A stretch of DNA of 63,884 nt, the filler included, from Folioceros fuciformis (taxonomy: Eukaryota): assembly GCA_049999805.1 (NCBI GenBank). It is 7 parts of 7 records of this genome, joined end to end, with 100 filler letters (N's around TTAATTAATTAA, not from the genome) between each part and the next. Parts side by side here need not be neighbours in the genome. Positions count along the whole stretch, not along the records: positions 1 to 25,153 come from JBNGIO010001057.1; 6 more parts are not named here. One strand, given 5' to 3'. A model generated the notes under the pieces. The model worked only from the letters and a program-made list of their open reading frames with translations, ran no database searches and was not told where the DNA came from. The translations under genes and the position numbers were made by a program. Shown piece by piece: positions 1 through 10,245 of this stretch (its first letter is position 1; each line of letters starts with the position of its first letter).

Positions 1-288
1 CGTCTCCTTCCTTCCTGGCCAGGCACCGTTCTAATCATTCGCCATTCTGACCCTTCATCACCTGGCCATCGGCAGCATTCCTCCAAGGTACAACGTGATC
101 TCATTAGAGGTGGATCTGCCTGCAGTCGACGCCGAATCCCACACTACTCCGAATCCGAAGGTGGGTTGGGGGCCAGCGGAGGTGGTGGATTGTGGTGGTG
201 GGTTGTGGGGATTTGGGGGGGCGGGGTAGAGGATTGGGGTGGGATGTTGGGTGACGTTGTGGGCATGGAGGCTGGCAGGAGGGACTGA

Positions 289-1593
<1,305 letters not shown>

Positions 1594-2761
1594 ATTTGTG
1601 TGTCGTGTGAATGGCGGGAAGTTGTATGTTCGGTTTGTAGCTTGTACAACATGTACAAGCAATAAGCTTTGTGGGGACGAAACTTAGCAGCTATCGTAAG
1701 AAGTTGCCTATTCTTGCAATAAAATATCCTTCGCAGAGAAAATTTCTGTCACGCCGCTACTTGATGTGTGCACACAAATATGCAAACGTGCGTGCCACAC
1801 GCCTTCGCTGAGAAGATAAGGAATCCGAAATGTATACTCTAACAAATGGCAGCGCACATTCCGCTGTCTTTCTCACAGCAAAGCGACACTGTAACAACCG
1901 GATACTGGTTGTGTGGTGGTCGCTTGGTGCACAATTTCCTCAATTTTTGACAGCACGAGGAAAGATGCTTGTCGGATCCTATGGACAAAAACATTTGAAC
2001 CGTCCTGAAACACAACCAAAACCGACGTAAGCCAGCCTCCGTCGGAAAAAGACATCTGTCCAAAGGACCAGCTTTTTCCATACGGCCCTCTGACGAAGAG
2101 TGGCCTTTCGACTCTCGGAGGCCCTGTGATGTTTGGCGACCGCCTGATGCATATCTCTGATATATCTGCTGCTTCTAGACCTCCAGGGCACCCTGACAGA
2201 CTTCACGCTCCTTGAGACTGTCTAGGAATCCTGATCTGCCACTGCTGTAGAGCCCACCCCACTTGCGTTCCTGGGAACAAACCTGTCCAAAAGCAATGGG
2301 CCCCAAAACCTGTCCAATGGGCCTCAAAACCTGTTGTCCCTTGGATGCTCACTGGAGAAAGCCGATTCACAGCTGGGAAGTACGTACTCAGTTCTGTGGC
2401 CTATGAGAGGAATGGGCATATCGCATGCCTTACTTCGACGATATCCTCTCGCTTCCGAAGTGACAATCACAGCTCCCTCAGCTGAGGCTGTGTTGATAAG
2501 GTTGTGTACAAAATCCCAAGTGGATATCATAACTTCACCACTCCTATAAACAGTCCTAAGAATGCCTACATAACTAAAGGTTAGCTTAATAAGCGAGAAC
2601 AGCCAGCCAGGAAACAGTACCCCGTGAGAACAAGCATCCGCCGGGATAGTGTCCAACACCTATCGACTCGACGTAGGTACTCCACTGTTTTACCCTGTCC
2701 AACACTTCGGGTCGTGGTATAGCGAAGTGACCTGCCCTTCTGGACAGCGTTTACACCCTCC

Positions 2762-5548
2762 TTAGGCAGGGAATGCAAGACGTTTCCGAATGCTAACGAC
2801 GTCGACTGCCTTGGATATCCTGTACAAACGGTCGCCTGTGAGAGATGTTTTCATAGATATCCAATCTGGGGCCAGCTCGAGGAGGAGTTGGAGCTTCTCT
2901 TCAACCTCCACGGAGTCCGACAAATCTCCACGTGATGACATGACCTTGGACAGTAAGACCTGGTGTGGCAAGACAGATCTACCCTGGAAGATCTGACGAA
3001 CAGTACTCAACAGTTTTGGCATGTCTGCCTTCATCTTATTCAGCTTCCTCAGGGCAAGCACACCTTCGTTCTGTTCTTCCAGAGCCCTGCGTTCTGCCTC
3101 CCGCACCGACTTCACAAGCCCTGCTGGGAGGCACTTGACGATTTCAGCATCTACCTTAGGGACTGGTTGGGATGTGCCTTCAGCCATCTTGCACTTACTC
3201 CTCCTCCTTTCCATGAGCTGAAGCTGTTGAGCACGTTCATCCACAGTCCCCTCATCTTGCACTTCGTCCTCCGATGTGGCATGCAGCTTTGTCGATGGTC
3301 TGGTGCAGGCCTCTGCACCTTCGTCATCCTGCACGAAAACCGGCCCAAGGTTTACTCTTGAGCGCTTCGGCGTTGCGAAATCCTTCGGTCGGGCAGGCAA
3401 CCCAGGTGCAGGGGAAGCCTCATGCGGTGCTCTCGGAGTAGCATCATCCTGCACCTCATCCGCCGCCGACAAATGAAACTTTTTCGATGGGGACTTGAAT
3501 GTGGTGCGGGCCTCTTTGCCTTCGGATTCCTGATCAAAAATCAGCCCAAGGTTCACCCTTGTGCGCTTGGGTGTTGTTGACTCTTTCGGCCGGGGAGCTA
3601 ACAGACCTGCCGGTGAGGAGAAGTCATTCTGTGCTCCCGGGATCGCCTCATAAATACGCAAGGGAGTACTACAAGACGGAGTTCCGAGAGGGACTCCAAG
3701 GCAGTCAGGAGTACCAACTAGGGAACAGGAAGGGCTGCCGAACGAGACACCAGGAAGGTAAGGAGACTCATCCAGACCATGGAAAATCCGGGACTTTGCA
3801 GGAGTTGCTGACTCGTCCACACACCTTCCAGAAGAGACTGCTCTTGGCAGCTGTGACTTCCCGGCATCGTCTTTACAGGCGGGATCGCAGTAGTCCTGAG
3901 ACCTGTTGAGATCAGTAACTGCTGAAGGAGCAGGTGTACCGAACCTCAGCTCCCTTACTGCAGTCTGCTGCCTGACAGGAGGTGTGGAAAACAGTGGCTT
4001 TGCAGAAGCCCGCACAGCAGATGGCTGTACAGGAGTCGAGGATGAGTTCCTTGCCACGTGCTGCTGACTGTAACCGACGAAGGGGGAGGGTTGGAAGGGA
4101 GTAGTAGGGAATGGGGAGGCACTGACCAGATCACGGGAAGCACTTGGGCACGGAGACATGTCAGCAGCAGTCTGGCATCTAGCTGAATCAGATGGCCTAA
4201 GGGAAAAGGGAGAAGATTTGGCTACATTAACTAGAGGAGTTTTCTCACAAACTGCACTAGGAGTCTGGGACAAATCAGGAAGAGATGGACACTCCGAGAA
4301 AGCATTAGACTCCAGAGACTGGACTGGCAGCTCGAGGTGTGAGACGTTGTCCGGATAGACACGGGGTTCTGTGGGAGAGGAAACTGCTTTCCTGACAGAA
4401 AAGAAAGGCTTAAACAAAGGTTGAAAATGTGAAACATGCACATTAAACTCTTCCGAAATGGACTCTGGAGCTGACTCAGGGAAGGTTGGGCAATTCACAG
4501 ACTCTGCCAGTGGCTCAGGAGGAGGGGAGGACAGTGTAGACTCTGTCTTCACAGAAAAGAAAGGGCGAAATAAGGGTCCAAAATGGGACATGTTAGGGCT
4601 GGGCATCTGCTCAACGTCTTCCTCCTCCTCCTCCCTTGCAGCAGACAGAACCTTACTCCCGGCACCATCATTTGCAACCGTGAACCCTGAGTCTTCGTCG
4701 TTTGACAGTCCATAATAGCTTATCTTGCCTGGCTGCGATGAGACCTCCGAAGACAAGGCCGGGGACTTGGGTGAGGAAGGACCCCGGGGAGCGCCATTCA
4801 ACTCACCCTCATCAGCAGCAGAATAGTGTTGTGGCAAAGCTGCCACCGGAATTTCCTCATCCCTGCCATGCTCTCTAAGGTGAGCCAAAAGTTTCGCTCT
4901 AAATTCTTCCTTTCTTGACACCTCCTTCGTCCTGTACTTCTCCTTCCCTGGACTTGCATCCACAGCACCTACTCCACGAGCCGACTCCACACCAATTGGC
5001 AGCAAACTCAGCTTCAGGTCCCTCATTGTCCTCTCAGTGTCCGGATCCTTATAAGACACGAGCTCCAAGCCCAACACCTCCGGAAAGACATACTTGATCT
5101 GGCCGAGGTGCTTCCGAGTGAACCTCCTCCCAGTCATCGTCTCCACAGTCTTGGCCACGGCGCTGAAGGTGCACATTTTCCGCCTGGTGCGAAGCAGTGA
5201 CGACGCAGCCTCCAAGCACTCGAAGTACTTCTCCAGGAGCAAGAAATCCGCAGGCAGGCTCTCACAAGCAGCCGCCTTCTTCTGCGGCGAGTTCTTCCTA
5301 GTCAACTCCTTCGCCTTCTCCACAATGCCCTGCCTCCTCTTCAACGCCTGCTTCCCAACGCTTTCCACCACCTGCTTCCGCAAGCTCTCGTGGAATTGAG
5401 CTGGCGTGATGGAGTTCTTCCTCACGCTCCAGAGCTGCGACAGTTTCCCCTTGCTCGACTGGGCCCCCTGCGGACCCTCCACACCAGGACTTCCATGCCC
5501 CCGCTGAGCTGGAGCAAGCGAAGCTTGCTCGATTCTCACCTCCTTCAT
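2762..5548 (-). CDS. CDT1: DNA replication licensing factor CDT1-like protein, single coding exon
   Basis: Open frame of about 930 aa. Geminin-binding-like N domain (LEKYFECLEAASSLLRTRRKMCTFSAVAKTVETMTGRRFTRKHLGQIKYVFPE), C-terminal winged helix (EVEEKLQLLLELAPDWIS) and a long S/P/T-rich linker with many SP/TP sites. First ATG is at 5548. Confidence 0.9.
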   Translation of the reverse strand: MKEVRIEQASLAPAQRGHGSPGVEGPQGAQSSKGKLSQLWSVRKNSITPAQFHESLRKQVVESVGKQALKRRQGIVEKAKELTRKNSPQKKAAACESLPADFLLLEKYFECLEAASSLLRTRRKMCTFSAVAKTVETMTGRRFTRKHLGQIKYVFPEVLGLELVSYKDPDTERTMRDLKLSLLPIGVESARGVGAVDASPGKEKYRTKEVSRKEEFRAKLLAHLREHGRDEEIPVAALPQHYSAADEGELNGAPRGPSSPKSPALSSEVSSQPGKISYYGLSNDEDSGFTVANDGAGSKVLSAAREEEEEDVEQMPSPNMSHFGPLFRPFFSVKTESTLSSPPPEPLAESVNCPTFPESAPESISEEFNVHVSHFQPLFKPFFSVRKAVSSPTEPRVYPDNVSHLELPVQSLESNAFSECPSLPDLSQTPSAVCEKTPLVNVAKSSPFSLRPSDSARCQTAADMSPCPSASRDLVSASPFPTTPFQPSPFVGYSQQHVARNSSSTPVQPSAVRASAKPLFSTPPVRQQTAVRELRFGTPAPSAVTDLNRSQDYCDPACKDDAGKSQLPRAVSSGRCVDESATPAKSRIFHGLDESPYLPGVSFGSPSCSLVGTPDCLGVPLGTPSCSTPLRIYEAIPGAQNDFSSPAGLLAPRPKESTTPKRTRVNLGLIFDQESEGKEARTTFKSPSKKFHLSAADEVQDDATPRAPHEASPAPGLPARPKDFATPKRSRVNLGPVFVQDDEGAEACTRPSTKLHATSEDEVQDEGTVDERAQQLQLMERRRSKCKMAEGTSQPVPKVDAEIVKCLPAGLVKSVREAERRALEEQNEGVLALRKLNKMKADMPKLLSTVRQIFQGRSVLPHQVLLSKVMSSRGDLSDSVEVEEKLQLLLELAPDWISMKTSLTGDRLYRISKAVDVVSIRKRLAFPA

Positions 5549-5782
5549 CTCGTCCAAGACAGGAGAATGCGGCAAGCATTCAAGAGCCCGTCCAAGGCTA
5601 GGGAAGCCCACTTTTCCTCACGGCCAGACATCCGCTCGTGCAGAAAGAACGCATGCTGCCAGGATCGACCGTGATGAGCCTACCCCCGCGCATCGATCAG
5701 CTCTGTGGTCCGCCATCGCCTGGGTCTCTCGTGTCCCAGGCGCCAGAAATGCACACCGCAAGCTGGCCAGGCGAGGCCGCGC

Positions 5783-5803
5783 TTTCCCGCCCGTCGTTCC
5801 CGC
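5783..5803. promoter_or_regulatory. Paired E2F-binding sites upstream of CDT1
   Basis: TTTCCCGC at 5783-5790 and GTTCCCGC at 5796-5803, about 240 bp upstream of the CDT1 ATG. CDT1 is a known E2F target class. Confidence 0.7.
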
Positions 5804-6117
5804 CTCACACGGGACCCGGGTTAACGTTAACTAGAGCTAGTCGACAACGGTTGGATTGCGCTATCATACATCACATCAAAGAATATGTACTCAAATAAAA
5901 CCAAACGCTCAGCGTCTCTACACTCGAAAACATGTTGTCGACCTTTGTAAATCGACTTCGGATTTGGGCCAAACTAAATTGATTCAATTCAACCCCATAT
6001 GCAGCCTAAGCTTCCTCTTCTCAAAACATGACAAATAATCTAGGACAAATATATTCATGTCCTTCCTAAATTACATACAAACATAAAAAGAAACACACAC
6101 AAAAAGATTTAATCATC

Positions 6118-6337
6118 CACGATCCACGAGATTAGTGAACTATTAACATCTTATTATTTCTGTCGCGGATGTCACAACCACCTCGATTTCTTATTTTCTC
6201 ATGATCTTTTGATGGGTGGATCATAATCACGATCCACGAGATTAGTGAACTATTAAGATCTTATTATTTCTGTCGCGGATGTCGCAACCACCTCGATTTC
6301 TTATGCTCTCGTGATCTTTTAGTGGGTGTATCATAAT
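6118..6337. repeat. Tandem duplication, 2 x 110 bp
   Basis: The unit CACGATCCACGAGATTAGTGAAC...TCATAAT occurs at 6118-6227 and 6228-6337 with few substitutions. Confidence 0.95.
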
Positions 6338-7914
6338 CCTCTTTACTCTGAGGCAACTCTTCAAGCTGGCCCAATAATCTCTGCCACAAATAATAACCAA
6401 ATCAGAAAAAAAATAAAAATCTATACAAAAACTCACTCCAATTCTTAAACCCATTTAACACACCTTAAAGCTTGCTGCGTCTATTGATACACATTTACAT
6501 CGACTAGTTGCTACAACAGTTGCTGCTCGTGGGCGATTATTAATAAGAGCCAATTCGCCGAAATAATCACCTCGTTTATATCGTTTTACAACGTTACCAT
6601 TAGAAACAGCTTCCGCTTGTCCCTGTTCAAATCACAACATAAACACAACAACAAAATTACCATCGCCAAATCGACTATTATTAAACACCACGATAATAAT
6701 ACCTCTTCGAGAAGGTAAAATCTTTCGCCGGGTTCACCTTCCACGATAATTTCGTCTCCTTTTTCAAAATACTCCGCTTCCAGAACATCCGCGATAGCTG
6801 CTTTTTCGTACTTATCTAAACTCTGTTTTTGATTCAAATTTACTAAATCACATGAATTTTATTTTTTTGAATATTAAAATTCAATCACCCTCTATCCATA
6901 CCTTCAATATATCCACTTCATCTAAGAACTTTTCATATAGCTCTCTTTTGGCATTTGTGGTATGCATAAGGATTGTACGGAATGTTGTCCTATCCATTGC
7001 CCATAACAAGCAAGGGGTAGTAGCCTATTTGTGGCACAGAAGAAACTATCTATATTAGGTCATACATTATTGTTATAATCAGATATATTTTTAAAGAAAA
7101 ATATACTCACTTACCTTCACTGTTGCTGCACGAGGAGCATTGTAAAGAAGAGCAAGTTCCCCAAAACTATCTCCAGCCTCATAAGTTTTAACTAACTGGG
7201 CAGCAGAATTAGGTCGAGCTATCCAAACTTCTGCATTGCCTGACTGTGTTCACACATATTTTAGGGGTCATTTATATTTATATATTATTATAAAAATCTT
7301 GTATTATCTCTTAAACCTACCTCCAATAAATAAAACTTGTCGCCAGGATCACCTTGTTTGATTATAATGTCACCAACAGCATGCTTTTCTTCCTCCACAG
7401 AGTCTACTACCTACATTCCATCCACTCCAAATATGATATTTTCAACAATAAATTATCAAAAAAATGTAAAATAACAAGGATTACCGTTTGTGTTTGTTCT
7501 TTATCCAAGGATTTGAAAATGTGGTTTCGGTGTAATGCATGTCGTATCCTTTCCTTTGCATCTTCACTTTTTGGGATAATCTAGGACCCATTGTCCAGTT
7601 CATTGAGCTTTGTGGTTTTTTTTTTTAATAAATGAAAATAAATAAAATCAAGACACGTACCTTAGCCACAAATTGGTTGCCTTGGCTAATGGCTTGGCAT
7701 TCAGCACTAACACCTCTCCTTCTTAAGGGTGTCTTTTGTTCCCCATTTGTCACAGCTACCTAATAGAGTACATTATTTTAAAATGAGTTAAACTTATGGC
7801 ATAATTTATTCTATATCTTTAGCAGCTAACAAATTAGTCCTATACAAAGTAATTATCTTTCTAAACCCTTACCTTAAAACATAACATTGTTGCAAGAGAA
7901 TTGAAAAAATGCAT
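6264..7914 (-). CDS. PKAR: cAMP-dependent protein kinase (PKA) regulatory subunit; exons 7661-7759, 7485-7580, 7321-7410, 7115-7243, 6902-7024, 6703-6822, 6464-6622, 6264-6380; probable first exon ends at 7873, start uncertain (7914 or 7977)
   Basis: Manual splicing at GT-AG sites gives 310 in-frame aa from the eight listed exons. It contains inhibitor site RRRGVSAE, linker IIPKSEDAKERIRHALHRNHIFKSLD, CNB-A cassette GDSFGELALLYNAPRAATVK, LWAMDRTTFR, SLDKYEKAAIADVL, CNB-B cassette GDYFGELALINNRPRAATVVA and SFKRLLG. Confidence 0.92.
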
Positions 7915-8961
7915 GATCTTTATTTGAGCACTTGTATATGTTGATAATGAACAATCAACACAACTTGAAAGCAACATTGAAAATCTTGAAGGTTGTGTGT
8001 ATTATTGTAACTTAAATAACAAAAAACTATTTTAATATATTATATAATCTAGAATGATTAATAGATATAGAATTAGGATTTTAGCAAATATTTGGAGATA
8101 AGAAGTCCCATCTTCTCAAAAAAGTAGAGAGGAAGCTCTATAAATGATCCCATGTTAAGAAACACTAATCCATGAATAAATAATTAAATTCAAATATATT
8201 AATTAATTAAATTATATATATTTCATGAGACTAGGTACCTAGGAGTTACTACTATACAAAGGTGAAGCTATTTTTTAATATAATATGATATAAGTTAAAA
8301 AAATAATATGATATGAGTTATTAGATGGTTTAGGGTACTTGATAAATGTGCTTTGAGGCTTTTAATAATTGCTGTGAATAGCTCTAGTTATTTGAGATAG
8401 CCATTTTTGGATACTTGATTATTTTAGATAGCATTATGACCTGCCTTGAAGTCTCATAACAAAACACTAAATAGATAAATAAATAAATAATACTAACATT
8501 TTATAATAATAGTAAAATATGCTAAAGCTTGGCTAAGGCAAATTTTAATTTTAACACCATGTTGTGAGCTTCCTTGTGAACTAAAGATAAAACCGAATAT
8601 GGGGTGTCTGTCTTCTAACACAGCCTTAGACCTTAGGTACTAATAACCTTTAGTCTCTGTCATGATAATAGCCGCACTGTGAAGCCATGGCTCCCATGTT
8701 TTGGAGTGAAGAGAAAACACCAGCAGTTTGGAATTTTCTAGTCCTTCGTTTGTTAGACGCGTCAGAGGATTTGAAGTATGTAATTACATGGCAAGACAGG
8801 AAATTGCAAGCTCCTAGTATACATAGGGGCTGGTGATGAAGCACAGAGATTGCATGATGCGGAATGCTCTCCCCACAGGAAGGTAGAGACCATAATTTGT
8901 CCAAGACTTCAGGAGAAATGACGCTCAACATAACGACTGCACACGCAGATTCACTCGTTTC

Positions 8962-9921
8962 TCAGAATTCATCCACTTCAACACCATCGCGAACTGTATC
9001 ATATGCGACTTTAGGCCTGCCCTTCCTCACGCCAATATGGAAATACACTTTGTCAGCTGGAGGATCATCCATTGAAACCATCGTCACCTTTATCCAGAAC
9101 AGCAGCTTCGTCTTCAGGCCCTCTATGTCACTGAATTTCCCTTTAGACAGTATTCCAGTCACTCTGGTATTGTATCTCACAATAGATCCATCCCGAAAAC
9201 CGACCTCAATGATTGCTGGTATGAAAACAGTTAACTTCCCTGTGGATTCATCAAATTCGTAGTTGGTGGCAGTGCGAGGGAAAAGACCCTTCGGGAGGTC
9301 AAAGCTTTGTAGCAACTCTGGCAAGGGTTTCTGAATTTTGCCTGCGATCACACACAACTTCTCAGCATCTTGCAATCCAAGAGCGAAGGGACCGTAGAGT
9401 CAACTACTGAAAGTGTTCCTGTCCTCAGCAGACAAAGAGCTGGCTGGAAAGCAGGACTGAACAGAGCCCAGAGTCATGTTTAATTGCTTTAGTCACAAAC
9501 GCTGTAAGAGCTGTCAAGATGACATCTACTACTACCAGGTGGCACTACACAGACCAGCCCTAGGGCTACTGAAGAGACACACACCTTTCATCCTGTTGAA
9601 AAAATTCTTTGCGCTGCTCTCCAAGTTTGTGGACATGGACTGAAACGCAATCCAAACAAATTCCATGATCTCTTAACACAGCGCAAGGACTCGTCAAATC
9701 GAACACGGCAAAGCTAACTGGTTGTGTCCGATCCTCAAGATCTAACCGTGCGGCAGAACTGGATCGGCATCAAAGCACATGCAACAAAAGGAGCGACATC
9801 CCACGGTCCAATCATCCAAGCTGCAAGTCCTTACGTTGATATCATTGGTGAAGGAGTCCATCTCCTTCTTGGCTCGATTTGCAAACAAGAAACTCCCAGC
9901 CTTTCCCAGCATGGCATCCAT
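8962..9921 (-). CDS. DUF538 family protein (At5g01610-like); exons 9835-9921, 9585-9639, 8962-9341
   Basis: The spliced product MDAMLGKAGSFLFANRAKKEMDSFTNDIN|SMSTNLESSAKNFFNRMK|GKIQKPLPELLQSFDLPKGLFPRTATNYEFDE...VDEF matches this plant family from end to end. Confidence 0.92.
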
Positions 9922-10245
9922 GTTGAAGAGTCTTGCAATTCCTTGACCTCGCAGAAGCCAAACCCGCTAACCGACTGACCACCAGCCTTCCCCCGCCGCT
10001 GTCAGGCTTCGAGCGGCGAATGGATTCGGCGGCTCCCTGGAATTCGGACAGCTCCGGGGCAACATCGACGGTGGCAGAACCGCTGGTCGCAACCAGAAAT
10101 CTGATCGCCTAAAGTAGATGCCACGTGAACAGTAATATTCCTAAGCGAACTCAGCCACTAAAATAGGACTTATGTTGACGCTGAAGGTAGGCCGCGTAGG
10201 AATCCATCGGAGTGCTAAGCGTTGAAGCCGATTAACAAGTCAATC

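Noticed and set aside
5811-5850. Run of palindromes resembling a polylinker (CCCGGG, GTTAACGTTAAC, GTCGAC) and an AACGG MSA-like core
   Set aside because: No other vector sequence is nearby, the motifs are short, and the position fits an ordinary promoter edge.
8199-8210. TTAATTAATTAA identical to the spacer linker
   Set aside because: No flanking Ns and it sits in extremely AT-rich DNA, so it is most likely natural.
5860-8650. AT-rich island as contamination or recent horizontal transfer
   Set aside because: It is contiguous with plant genes, its intron sizes match the host, and PKA-R is reported from another bryophyte. Not formally excluded without a phylogeny.
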